Source of the DNA: Hormiphora californensis | Lineage: Eukaryota > Animalia > Ctenophora | DNA length: 64,000 bases | Assembly: GCA_020137815.1 (NCBI GenBank) | Contig: CM035350.1 | Location: forward strand, 7,626,001-7,690,000 | Reading direction: 5' to 3' | Part shown: piece after piece, positions 1 through 11,635 of the stretch | Layout: each line of letters starts with the position of its first letter | Numbering within the stretch: the stretch's first letter is position 1 | Position numbers and translations under genes: made by a program | The notes under the pieces: generated by a model | Databases searched by the model: none | What the model saw: only the letters and a program-made list of their open reading frames with translations | What the model was told of the DNA's origin: nothing

Positions 1-163
1 GATATTTATTGTCCAAAACTAATTCACAATAAATAGTATGGAGACACTATAAATCCTAGATATATCGATAATATCGATGGAGCGTTTCGATATCACGATA
101 GTTAGTCCCGGTACCAATGACATTGACAGTAACTCATTCCTAAATAGACAGATCAGATCTCAC

Positions 164-1435
164 CTTTCACTATTTTTCCAGTTCGGGAATATTCCACATA
201 CTCTTCAGTAGATGCAAAGATTAGCTCCTTGGGAGGCGCCTGCAGATGCTCTTTCCCTCCGTATCGGTCTATAATAGATTTGCTTACCTGAGCGGGAAAA
301 ATAGATTACTTTACCAAGGAAACATATTATTGTAGTCGCCATAGCTTTTCTTTACCAAGCCACATGAATGCATCACATATAAGCCAGGTTTATGTGTTTT
401 TTATGTCGACACCCTGACTGTCATGGTATCTTGAGGACATGTTAAATTACAGGAAAGTAGAAACATTTTGGAGAGAACTCGGGGGAAAAAAAAGAGAGGA
501 AAAGGTTTTTGGAAATGCCGAGATAAAACTCGTATAAGGCTCTAAAGTAGAAAAAAATTAAAATCCTTAGAAAGGAGACCAACGCCCATCAAACCCCGTA
601 CCTCTGTCTTAAAATCATCCTTCCTCTTCTCGTATTCAGTGTGAAGTAGAGCTGCCTTGGTAGGTTCCGCCTGGAGGTGCACGCTGGAGCCCCTCTGGTT
701 AGCTTCCCACGCAAACAACTGGAGTTTTGATATCTCCTTAACCTGGCCATGTACTTCTCACAAAGTTCTCGCCGGAGAATGATAGCTCAGAGGGCTTCTT
801 GTGGTCTAGCCCGGCAAGGGGGTTATCTCGCATCGACCGGGACTTGGGATCATAATGCGCCGAGGCATCGTCCAGATTCAGCAGGTACTAATAGAAAATC
901 CTGTTAGTAAAGCAAATATAGGACACATCATAAACCAATTAACATCATGTCTAGGTACACCAAATCTTCTACCCACCTTAGCTGTGTCCTCTCTAATCCT
1001 CAGATTCCTCACTGTCTGCCTCTTCTTGTTATCAAACTTGGTCCCGGGCATGTTCGCCTGCTCTGTATATTTGTATTCATCCTCCACTATCTCTTCATCG
1101 CTATCGTCTTTAGACGGTCCTGGAGCTACCACAACAGTAGGATCATTGAGGGCCTCCGCTTTTAGATCCTGCTTCACCCTCTCTATCTTCGCAAATTCCT
1201 CCAGATACCTCTTTGTGATCGATGGCATCGTACCCCACCCAACGGTCCCTTTTACCCTCGAAATCTAGTTTGGGCATGTCCTAGGGGGAAATGGTGTTCG
1301 GTTTCATTATGTCATAAGTACTTAGGGGAATTGTGAATGGGTGTGGGCTGATTGTCATTCGTCATATTATATCGTCTAGACAAATAGTACAGTTGGCACA
1401 GACTATCACACGATGTCTCTCCCACTGTCTCTCTC

Positions 1436-1508
<73 letters not shown>

Positions 1509-2084
1509 GGCGTTTTAAAAGATAGTGGAAGGGCAGTAGTGATGCAGTGAACCACCTCAAGTGTTTTATAGACAGTGTCTGGTAAAGGGAACTGTTTAAC
1601 ACCATCAACAACAGACACACCTCTCCGGATTTTACCAGTTAATAATTCGCTAAATTCCTAAATGAACTGCTTTTAAAACTCACTGGTATGTGTTCGTCGG
1701 GTGCAAAGTCCTTGCCGGTCCACCGGGCTCCCACTTTTCGTGGTTTCTCAAGGCAGTCTATTTTCTTGTGGGTAATTGCCCCACAGTTTTGGCACGCTCC
1801 CTTCCGAAACTTGGTCGCAACTCTCTGGAATAGTAATGAGAATTTAGAAATGGATCAAAGAGGGATAAAGATAAATAGAAGCCGCTAAAAATGTCTTGAT
1901 ATGAATTGACCTAGACAATTCATTTAAAAAATTGTGGTAATTTGTTGATCAGTCTATCCCTTACGTTCGTGAGTCCTTTCTTATAGAGCTTGTCTGACAG
2001 ATCATACGATTTCACTGTTTCCGGCTGAATTCTTTGATGTGTCAGCGTAGGCCTGAAAGACAGGGGAATATTGTGTGCGGCAGA

Positions 2085-2173
<89 letters not shown>

Positions 2174-3030
2174 AAGGAAGTAGTATAAGTGAGGGAAATC
2201 ATTGGGAGTAATCCGCAGAACTATAAGGGAAATGAACTTCTATTGTGAGTTCATAATTCATCAAAGTCGACGGTGAGTCAATTTCATTACTCATTAGACA
2301 CGTTCAATGCACAAAGATAATATCTACACACAGACACACACAGATGGCTAAACTAGTATAGTCGAATTTTTTAATCAAGGGACAGGGGGCCGCGCATTTA
2401 CAAAGTCTTTTTGCGTGTGCTAAATGTTTTCGCTCATATCTCCTGTTCCTGATAAGATAAAGACTTGATCTTGGTTGCGTTGAAAAGGTCTTAAAATTAT
2501 CTTTCCAACGCTTCCGGGTTCAAGTCTTAAGATTGCCAGGAACTTGATCTCGATTGTCACGCGCAAATACAACGCCGCGTGACCTCTCTGAATGCGCAGC
2601 CCCCTGTCCCTTGATTAAAAAATTCGACTTTACAGTTGTCTTGCAAACTGACAAATGTAACATATATCCACTTACCCGTTCATTTGAAGATACCAGGGCG
2701 AATCCTTGATGTACTGCGGAATATGGGGATTGATGTCCCTGAAAGTATGGGATGTTATTATAGTGGCCAGGGGAGAGGGAGGGGTATAATAATAGTAGTA
2801 GTTTTTATGGGTTGCTACAACTTTAGTAAAATCAAGGGGTTGGGCTGACTGTAGAACAGGCCATTAGAAACATTACACTGAGCTAATTACTGCACTTACT
2901 GCCCAAACTCATCTTGCTCAGCTGGTTCAATACCACTCTTCCGTGCTTCATCCAACTCTTTCTGTTTCTTGTAATCCTCCCTGGTCTTCTTCAGGGGCAT
3001 CTCAGCCTCTTTCTCCTCCTTACTTGCCAT
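164..3030 (-). CDS. SLU7: Pre-mRNA splicing factor SLU7, multi-exon, 3' part outside window; two apparent +1 frameshifts
   Basis: Exons 3030-2900, 2738-2676, 2052-1965, 1824-1684, 1280-977, 887-602 and 287-164, all GT-AG. They translate to [13 protein letters not shown], zinc knuckle [44 protein letters not shown] and [15 protein letters not shown]. Single extra bases at about 1205 and 750. Confidence 0.93.
1425..1506. repeat. (CT)n microsatellite in SLU7 intron
   Basis: Direct dinucleotide run. Confidence 0.95.
2084..2173. repeat. (AG)n microsatellite in SLU7 intron
   Basis: Direct dinucleotide run. Confidence 0.95.
2359..2630. mobile_element. MITE with ~30-bp TIRs, TA-flanked (Tc1/mariner-like)
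   Basis: AGTCGAATTTTTTAATCAAGGGACAGGGGGC at the left end and its reverse complement at about 2599-2629; TA on both sides. Confidence 0.8.
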
Positions 3031-3733
3031 ACTGAGCTATTTGAAACAAGGGATGAGAGAGAGAGAGTAATGTTAGGCAGGGGATGAGGGAGGATGGGGT
3101 CATATCAGGTGGTTGAGTGCGCGCGCGCAGGGAGAGAGCGCGGTTCTCCGCGCACAGACTAATGCTGACAACCTAGTAAAGAGACTTCGCGTGTTACTGA
3201 CTACAACACATCATAGTGAGACAGTGTGCCATTCCAGGGGATAAAGGAAACATAATGTGTATAGTGGGTATTATTCCATATTAATTATGTTAGCCACGGT
3301 TGTAGTGGTCCGGTGCTGTCGACTATTAACACACCTAATCACGTGACACCACCGGACCTTGAGTAGTTTTTGACATTAAGTAATCCCTTATCCCTAGAGA
3401 AGGAGATCGAGAGAAAGGGCATCATGATTGGGCTCATGATTATGGTTACTACTTACTTATAAGGAAACCAGACTGTCAAGTAAGTTTCGGGGAGATAAGG
3501 GAATGGGGATACTTCACTTTGGGTTTTAATGAAACACTGTTAGCTATATGGTAATGCATGGATCAGTTAAATATACAATATTACACATAAATAAATCATA
3601 AATGAATAGTTAAACGAAAATATACCTTAAAACATGCCCCTAGCAATTCATTGGCATGTTCAATAATGATGATTATTATTAAATATATCTCTGTAAATAT
3701 AACACTTATCAATTAATTAAATATCAGTATCTA

Positions 3734-4725
3734 CTAGTCTGTTACTGCATTGGGTAGGGCTACTACGATGAATAATCCTGAGAAAACAAGGAGAGCAAAG
3801 TATACTGTGAAAGAAAGGGAGGGTGTGAAGGAGAGAGCAGCGACCCAACAGCAAACTAGACCCACTCCTAACAGTGGGTACAGTATACCTGTAATAATTG
3901 GATATATTGTAACGTATGTTAATTATATCACGTTACTATAAAGTGTTATTATTACCTGAGAATTCATCATGCTCGGTGGATGGATCTGGCGTGTTGCCAA
4001 GATCACTACCGCCATGCGATATCTGGCAGATTACAGTTGCAGGCTGATCTAGGGTAAACTCAGACAGGAAGGCAGTGTCTGGGCGGAGAAGGTGCCCCTG
4101 GTACACCATGTGAACTCTCTTTCCCTCGTGCAGGACCTTGTAAAAACAATACCTGATGGGAGACACATTTAGGGGTATAATCTAGGTTGAGGTTGGATGA
4201 AGGTATATTTAAATGGGGAGCATAAAACAGGGGGAGACTAACGGGAGACAGGGTATAACAAATTATGTACTTTTTCATTTCCAAGAGAGTCTTTGTCTCT
4301 GGTATAAATATTGTCCGTGCCCACTCCCGGTATTTTACAGTAATCTCGAGGGCACCAATTCTCCTCCCATCATAGCTTCCCCTTCGGCCCAGATCCAACA
4401 GCCCTTCATGCTGAAGCTGGTGTCTGTGGGGCTGCTGAAATAGCGAAAGATTGGGAATATACAATCATAATGGCTGAGTAAAAATCTCTAACCGACTCTA
4501 ACCGTCTCTAACATATCTTTTCGCAATGGAAGAGGGTTGAGCATGACTCACTGATATGGTTTCAAGGTGTTGTGTGGGTTGATTGACTCCATTAGTTGTT
4601 GTTTGACCAGCAGTTGGGGTCAGCTGCAGTTGGGAGAGAAACTTGTACAGAAAGATAGCGAAGAGGGAGGAGAGTAGGGCGAAACCCACTGTCACCTCAT
4701 TTCCTACCCCTTCTATCAGGTCCAT
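3734..4725 (-). CDS. TMUB: Transmembrane and ubiquitin-like domain-containing protein (TMUB1/2 family), 4 exons
   Basis: N-terminus MDLIEGVGNEVTV plus TM; UBL-like middle (RVHMVYQGHLLR); two C-terminal TMs. Exons 4725-4552, 4434-4271, 4152-3956 and 3888-3734 are in phase. Confidence 0.85.
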
Positions 4726-5168
4726 AACATTCTAAATCATTATAAAAGACAGTTTATTAGTCAATAGTTACTAGTTAGGTTTAGTGAAACTGCAGTAGTG
4801 ATTTAAATAAGAAGCGTGAATATAATGATAATTGATAATACCAGATTGTCTTTCGGCACAATGTTTTTCTCGCAATAGCATTGAACGTGGGATCCATCCC
4901 ACAACCACAGGAGCCTCCTGTTTTCTGCCTCCATCATTTCCTCTGTGGGTGGTCGCTGTAGGAGGACCTGTTCCAACTTATCATCTTTCTTTATTCTCAA
5001 GTTGCTCCGGTCGTTGTAGCCCCAATACTGGTGTTTGAACCAGTACCGGTCCACCTCACTGGCTAAAAACTCGGCATGTACCCGCTTGACATCCTCAATC
5101 TGGAACTGGCTGTCCCTTCGTGATCTTCTCCCCTGTACATCAGATTCCTCCACCGCAAGGGCAGTATA

Positions 5169-5924
5169 ACGGGTGACAACTAAAAATTGTTACTAATTTA
5201 AAACAGCTATAGAATTTTTCCCTTTTGAGATACAGCTTCGGGCCAGTGATAGAACGATTTTTCAGACAATTTTAAATCGGAAAAACATAACGGCGATGAC
5301 TAAAACGTTCATTCTCACAGCGATATCGGATCATTTCCTCTTGCCCCACCAAAGCATATAGTCCATGAAATCTACACGTTTTTCTAGCACCTCTAGCGCC
5401 TGTTCTAGTCGAAATACAGCTTCGGGACAGTGATAGAATGATTTTTCAGACAATTTTGAACGAAATTAACTTTGCTTCAAACTTCATAAATCTCAATTTC
5501 CTGATCAAAATCTTCTGTAACAAAGCGTAGTTTACAGGTAATTTGAGAAATCGCCATTTCGACATCTCTCGAAACATTAATGACCGTGGAAACCCAACTT
5601 CCTAATGAGCCAAAATCTTCAAACTAGGCAGTTATGTTGGTTATGGCATGAACAACCAGACTTCCAATTATGAGAATTCTATCTCATCGGGAAGGTCGTT
5701 TCTGATAACATAGAAATTTCAAATCTCCGTACTATATGCTTTGGTGGGGCAAGAGGAAATGATCCGATATCGCTATGAGAATGAACGTTTTAGTCATCGC
5801 CGTTATGTTATCCTGATTCAAAATTGTCTGAAAAATCGTTCTATCACTGGCCCGAAGCTGTATCTCAAAAGGGAAAAATTCTACAGCTGTTTTAAATTAG
5901 TAACAATTTTTAGTTGTCACCCGT
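5169..5924. mobile_element. Non-autonomous DNA transposon, ~195-bp TIRs, TA TSD (Tc1/mariner-like)
   Basis: 5169-5362 is inverted at 5731-5924; removing the element plus one TA restores the host frame (AEYYTALAVEESD). Confidence 0.9.
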
Positions 5925-6076
5925 TAGTACTCGGCGAAGAGGACTTGTACAGCCGGTGTGGGTGAGTCCAGGTTGATCTCTTTCAGAACTGCTTTTAGAT
6001 CCTCCTGCAGCTTGAAATACTCATCCACTCGCAGAGTTTTACTCTGGAACTGAAGTGATGGCCGTTTGAGGAGGTC

Positions 6077-9000
6077 TTCTTCTTCTTCTGGGAGGACGCT
6101 GGCTAGTGCGAAGCACTAGCCAGTAAGGGGTGGGTGCCATGGGGCTCCCGTTCCCCGTCCTGGGTGGTGTGGCTGGTATGTTGCCAACTGCTTCGGCCTA
6201 AGGAGACTTGGGGAGCTGGTGCCATACCAGGTCACAGGGGAAACCTCCCTTTAAGGGGTGGTTTCAGGGGGGTGAAGTATCTCCATCGCCTTCTTATAGA
6301 ACGAGATCGTTTTTCTAAGGGGTTGATGGTGTCTAATTTCGTACATGCTGAGGCCCAGCCTGTCAAAGGATTCCTGTCGGAGTTTCCAAAGGGCGGGGCA
6401 TTCAGTAAGTACATGCTTTATTGTCTCGTCTTCCATCCCACATGCTGCACAGCTTGTGGTCTCGACTTTTTTTAATTTTTTCATGTGGTAGTTAAGGTGG
6501 CAGTGCCCTGTGAGTAGGTGTGTCGCCGCCCTTAGGTCTGTTCTATTAAGTTTTTGAAGAGGTCTCTCATATCTTTCGGTCCACATCATGTCCATATGTT
6601 TGGTTTGTTTGATGGGTCCGGTTTTAACCTTCTCCCTAAGGGCTGCATAGGCTGCCGCTTTGGGAATTGGTATGAGAGTAACTTCTTCGATTTCCTGAGC
6701 ACCCCTTTTTGCCAAGATGTCTGCTATTTCGTTTCCATCGTACCCTTGATGGGCCGGGATCCATCTAATCATGACATCGTTGAATATGGCTAGGGTGTTC
6801 AGATTTTTGATAGTCTTTATCGTGGTTTTTGATCTGCATGTCGTGGAGTCTAGGGTCTTTATTGTCCCTTGACTGTCACAGTTTATGAGTATTCGCTCGT
6901 TAGCAGTTCCCCTATCCAGGAGATATTTAGCCGTCTGTTGTATGGCATACATTTCTGCCGCCGGGACAGTTCCTTCGGGGCCTAGGTTATACGAATTTCG
7001 AGCTAGCTCTATTTCGCCAGAGTGGATAATGTATCCTGCACCGGCATTGTTGTTAATTTTTGACCCATCAGTGTGTGCAACTATCGTGTACTTGTCTCCA
7101 TCCTCCAAAAACGTCTCCCTTTCTGGGATCTCTAACGAGAATTCCCTGTCTAGGGTGAGTTCCGGGGTTGTGAGATCGTGACATCTGCCCTCTGCTTCCA
7201 GAGTTCTGAGATCACGTGATACCGTGTTGGCATGCGAAGTGAACACTTTTGGGGTTTTTAGGTCTGATTTTATTGGCCCTTCCCATTCTCCCGTTGCCAT
7301 TAGGGTGTATGCAGTTTTGGCTGCACAGTACCTCAGATGGTCGGTGATCGGGGCGGTGTTTGTGATTGTGTCTAGGGCTGTTGATGGCGTCGAGGGCATG
7401 GCCCCAGTTACCATCTTGAGTGCTAGCCTCTGTACCCTTATCATGTTTTCTTTGTTTGTTTTGGTTCGCATTGCATTAGCCCAGACCATTGCCCCGTAGC
7501 ATAAGGTGGGTCTCACTATTGCAGTGTATATCCATAGGGCCGTTTTAGGGTTTAGTCCCCACGTGGGTCCCACCACTTTACGGCACTGCATCAGGATATT
7601 TTTTGCTTTTTTTATTTGTTTGTTTACGTGCTCGTTCCAGTTCAGTTTGCTGTCAAGGGTAATCCCTAGAAACTTCGTGGATTCGGACACTTTGATAGGG
7701 TTACCCTGAATTTTGATCGGGTTTCCAATTTTCACATTTTTTCGATGGGTGAATATGACTACATGCGATTTCAGGGCACTTAGTTTGAGCCCTACTGTCT
7801 TACACCAGGCGTTTATGGAATTAAGCCCCTTCTGGGTCGCGTCCCTTAGAGGGAGTATGTCCGCAGAGGGTCCATTTCTTCCGGAGGGCATTGTGGTTGC
7901 TACTATATGACATAAGTCATCCGCAAAGCCCTGTAGTTCACCTGGTATATTCTTTTTGCTATGGTTTAGTAGATCGTCCATTACCAGGTTCCATAGGAAC
8001 GGGGAAAGTATTCCTCCCTGGGGACAACCCCGGGTGGCTCTTATAGTAAGGGACTCTTCCATTAGGTTCGTGGTTATTTCGCGGTTTGAGATCATGTAGG
8101 TGATCCAGACCGCTGTTCTTTTGTCGCGTAGCTTTGCATGAAGGGCTCTTTCCATAGCTTGGAATGCCACATTATCGAAGGCTCCCTCGATGTCCAAGAA
8201 CGTACCCAGGGCAATGCCCTTGTGCATGAGGGTGCCTTCGAGTTTGCGTACTACTTTATGGAGGGCTGTTTCTGTTGAAACGCCTCTTCTAAATCCATAT
8301 TGCGACTTGTTTAATTTTTTGTGTACTTTTTGGTCTACCTCAATGTGCCATAGAATTAACCGTTCCATGAGTTTGTGGAGGTTTGACGCAAGGGTTATTG
8401 TTCGGTATGATTTAGGCATACGATAGTCATCCTTTCCTGGCTTGGGCAGGTAGATGGCTTCTGCTTCCTGCCAGGATTTGGGGGTTACCCCTAGACTGTA
8501 CGATGCCTTAGCTATCTTTGCAAATGGTTCAGCAATAATGTCTGCTACTTTTTGCATCATGATGGGCCTGATGCCATCCGGCCCAGCAGCTGTTAAGGGT
8601 TTAAATTCCCTCAGCGCCTTGATGATACGTGTTTTCGAGAATGTTTTTTCATCAGACCACTCCCCTTCTGGGGCTTCAGTTTTGTCCTTGAGGGAGGGTC
8701 TAGTTGAGTGGTCCTCGCCAAAGTGAACCTCTGCCATTATCTGGAGGGTTTCTTTAGGGGACTGTGATAGTTCACCATTTGCGTCAAAGATACAGCTGAG
8801 ATTATAATCTTTACTGTTCTTGAGCACTTGGCTAACCTTCTGGGCATCTGAATATGCATCGAGATCTTCAGCCCATATTTTCCAGTTTTTAAATTTAGAC
8901 TGGTTTTTGGTTTTTGTGTATTTGTTTCGAGCTGTTTTTGCTGAGGCCCAGTCTTGATGCACTTTCGTGGTCTGGGCGTGTCTCAGTTTATCAAACATTT

Positions 9001-10936
9001 CTTCCCTAGCTGCCTTGACCTCCCCACTGAGCCACGGGGGGTCTTTGGAGTGGGCGGAAACGTATGTTTTTGGGGTACACTTGTAGTATGCCCACAGCAT
9101 CAGTTCTATTAGTTTTTCGTTGGCTGTTTCAAGTTCTTCGGCGTTTGATATTACCATTTCTGTCAGTCCTGTTTCTTCTAGGCCCTTTTCCACAAGTTGT
9201 CTATATAGGGCCCAGTTTGTTTTCTTAATATTATAGAAAGAGCGGATCTTGCTACCGTCCATGTCCCTCAACACAAATGTGATGGGTACGTGGTCGGATC
9301 TGCATTTTCCTTCTACTGTCTGCCAGTCTTGTATCATTTCCAGTGCATGGTTGTTGGTCATGGTAAGATCTAGCACATTTTTTCTTGTTCCATTGTCGAA
9401 AGTGTGGGGGCAATTCACGTTCGATACATGCAGATCAAGATCTACAATGGCGTCTAATAGTGCATCTCCCCTTTTCTTCCCAATAGGATCTTTAACCAGT
9501 GCCCCCCAACTAGTGTTGTGGGCGTTGGTATCAGATCCAATTACTAGTTTCAGGTTATTTCTTTTTGCGTGGGCTGCCAACTCTCCTAGTAATTTAGGAG
9601 GGCATTCTAGCTCTCTGTCCATGTACATTGAGCATAAAATGACTGATTTGGCGCCCAGTTTGACAAGGATAGTGACTGTGTCCCTGTCAGTGAATTTGTC
9701 AAGGAGAAATACGTTCCTCCCTAGGTTACTATTGATTAAGATGCTCGCACGTGGTCTCTGAGCCCTTTTGTCATATAGGGCAGAGAATCCTCCGCTGGCT
9801 CTAACTTTCGATGTTTTCCCTATAATAGGTGGTTCTTGGGCTAGGATAATTTGTGATCGTGTTTTGTTACAGGTGATTATGTCATCCCATGCTTCATGAC
9901 TTTTATGGAGGTTAATTTGTGTTACTCTGATGTTTTTACTTATTTTCTTGGTTGCTGAGGGTCCTGGAGGCGGCCCTAGACTCTGCTGCCCCTCCTTCTG
10001 GGGTGGGGGCGGCAGATTGTCTTGGGCTCCGCGGGCAGTGTTGGATCTCCCTGTCCCTTCCTTTCGGAGGGTCATTTGGATTCCACCTGCACTATTCGGG
10101 GCTGCGATTTGACTCTTCTGCCCTTTCCCTGTCGCTACACTGCCCGAATCTCCATCATTTAGAAGGTCAGCTTCTCTTACGGGCGATAGTCCCGTTTTAC
10201 AGGGGCTGGTGCCCTCATGTAATGGAGGGTGCTCCCCGGATAGAGGGTGCTCCCTGGAGGGCCCTCCTGGGATGGGGGCCCTGTGCGGAGTTGCTGAGAG
10301 TCCTCTAGCTATTTGGGGGAGATAAGGGTAGTGAGAGTCCTCACTTAGATGGTTTGTGAAGGTAATATAATTCTCCATATAGCATGGGATTATGGCGGGT
10401 CAGTAATGATATGCCCCGTTGTTTTAAAAGGGAAAGAAGAGACGCCTCGTGACCACGGAATTAAGGCCCCGTGGCCTGGGGGTCGGCGAATTACACACCC
10501 TATTGGCCTATATATTGGTTCTTTAGTTAGGTTATATAAGGTCGGGAGCACCGAGCAAGGGTAGCCCATTTGATTTGGGCATCCCTGTAGTTGCCCCGTC
10601 CCAAAACTTGGCTCTGGTAGTTACAGGGGAACGCAAAAGAGCCCCTGGGTAATAATATAATGAAGTGTTTAACTCCTGTCTCTGCTGGTTTTCTACCATT
10701 GTACCTGGAGTGAATTTGTTAGTAGTTTGGAATTTTTGAATCTTGATTAAGGGGTTGGGTTAGTCCATGTTAGATGGAGAGACCCATTACAGGGGGGTGT
10801 GTGGTTTGTCCCCTGGGTATGCTCTCCAGAGATGGAGTCTTTAGACACTATCGCTTGCTACATCCCTTTTAGTAGGGTTGTGCTAGACGTTAGCCCCGGC
10901 CCGCACTCCATCAGGCGTAGGAAGGAATCTCACCCT
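6077..10936 (-). mobile_element. Non-LTR retrotransposon, LOA/R1-like (I group), single ORF, (GAA)n tail, 15-bp TSD
   Basis: TSD CCGTTTGAGGAGGTC at 6062-6076 and 10937-10951; (TTC)n on the + strand from 6077. Confidence 0.92.
6251..10378 (-). CDS. LINE polyprotein: APE endonuclease, reverse transcriptase, RNase H and C-terminal CCHC
   Basis: 1375-aa intact ORF with QINLHKS/AQEP/GSDTNAH/SDH (APE), GCPQGG..FADD (RT), TDGS..AEM..DSQ..WIPAH..GNEIAD (RNase H) and CAAC..H..C. Confidence 0.95.
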   Translation of the reverse strand: MENYITFTNHLSEDSHYPYLPQIARGLSATPHRAPIPGGPSREHPLSGEHPPLHEGTSPCKTGLSPVREADLLNDGDSGSVATGKGQKSQIAAPNSAGGIQMTLRKEGTGRSNTARGAQDNLPPPPQKEGQQSLGPPPGPSATKKISKNIRVTQINLHKSHEAWDDIITCNKTRSQIILAQEPPIIGKTSKVRASGGFSALYDKRAQRPRASILINSNLGRNVFLLDKFTDRDTVTILVKLGAKSVILCSMYMDRELECPPKLLGELAAHAKRNNLKLVIGSDTNAHNTSWGALVKDPIGKKRGDALLDAIVDLDLHVSNVNCPHTFDNGTRKNVLDLTMTNNHALEMIQDWQTVEGKCRSDHVPITFVLRDMDGSKIRSFYNIKKTNWALYRQLVEKGLEETGLTEMVISNAEELETANEKLIELMLWAYYKCTPKTYVSAHSKDPPWLSGEVKAAREEMFDKLRHAQTTKVHQDWASAKTARNKYTKTKNQSKFKNWKIWAEDLDAYSDAQKVSQVLKNSKDYNLSCIFDANGELSQSPKETLQIMAEVHFGEDHSTRPSLKDKTEAPEGEWSDEKTFSKTRIIKALREFKPLTAAGPDGIRPIMMQKVADIIAEPFAKIAKASYSLGVTPKSWQEAEAIYLPKPGKDDYRMPKSYRTITLASNLHKLMERLILWHIEVDQKVHKKLNKSQYGFRRGVSTETALHKVVRKLEGTLMHKGIALGTFLDIEGAFDNVAFQAMERALHAKLRDKRTAVWITYMISNREITTNLMEESLTIRATRGCPQGGILSPFLWNLVMDDLLNHSKKNIPGELQGFADDLCHIVATTMPSGRNGPSADILPLRDATQKGLNSINAWCKTVGLKLSALKSHVVIFTHRKNVKIGNPIKIQGNPIKVSESTKFLGITLDSKLNWNEHVNKQIKKAKNILMQCRKVVGPTWGLNPKTALWIYTAIVRPTLCYGAMVWANAMRTKTNKENMIRVQRLALKMVTGAMPSTPSTALDTITNTAPITDHLRYCAAKTAYTLMATGEWEGPIKSDLKTPKVFTSHANTVSRDLRTLEAEGRCHDLTTPELTLDREFSLEIPERETFLEDGDKYTIVAHTDGSKINNNAGAGYIIHSGEIELARNSYNLGPEGTVPAAEMYAIQQTAKYLLDRGTANERILINCDSQGTIKTLDSTTCRSKTTIKTIKNLNTLAIFNDVMIRWIPAHQGYDGNEIADILAKRGAQEIEEVTLIPIPKAAAYAALREKVKTGPIKQTKHMDMMWTERYERPLQKLNRTDLRAATHLLTGHCHLNYHMKKLKKVETTSCAACGMEDETIKHVLTECPALWKLRQESFDRLGLSMYEIRHHQPLRKTISFYKKAMEILHPPETTP

Positions 10937-11635
10937 CCGTTTGAGGAGGTCAGAAACAGAGCTCAAAAACTTGATGTCCACAAGGAACTCTTTAGATGTT
11001 AGCACCTTGAGGTACCCAGTTGCCTTGTGACTCACTGACTGCTCCTTTTCCTCTCCATTCAGCACGGGTCCAAGATCTGAACATATACCGGGAAGTTGGC
11101 CATTAGGTCGTACATGATGGAGAGATCCCTCTGCAAGAACTTCATGTCCTTTAACAATTTTGGGGTCCTCAGCCGCACCTTCATCTGGTTTGTCAACTCG
11201 AGGGCCATCTCGTTGATCTTGGGGTCTCTGAAGAACTTCATGATCCCTGCAAGATCCTCGTGAATCTTCTTCAGCCTGGTGAACTGCTTCATGGTGTGGC
11301 GGAAGCAGAGCTCCGTCATGTCGGCACCGTCCCACACCCAGAGAATTTCGCTCTTCCTTCCTAACAAAGTGGCCACATGTTCAGCAAAATGAACATTTAT
11401 TACAGCTCCATCAAAAGACCCTCCCACGTATTGGCCATGAGTTATAAGCCCGGCAAATCTGCTCTTGAGTGTCCACTGCCAGTTTTGCCAATCCAGCACC
11501 ACTGTTATCTTTTGCAGATGGATTTCCGGTTCCCCACATAAAGCACTTGTGAAAGATCCGCTCCCTCTCCTATATCTGGCATCTTCATGCAGAGGATAGT
11601 TCTTTTTCTGAAAGGGAGTATGTAAAGTTAGTTAA

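Noticed and set aside
10860-10936. HDV-like or hammerhead ribozyme at the LINE 5' end
   Set aside because: The required pairings and core could not be assembled by eye; left as a computational test.
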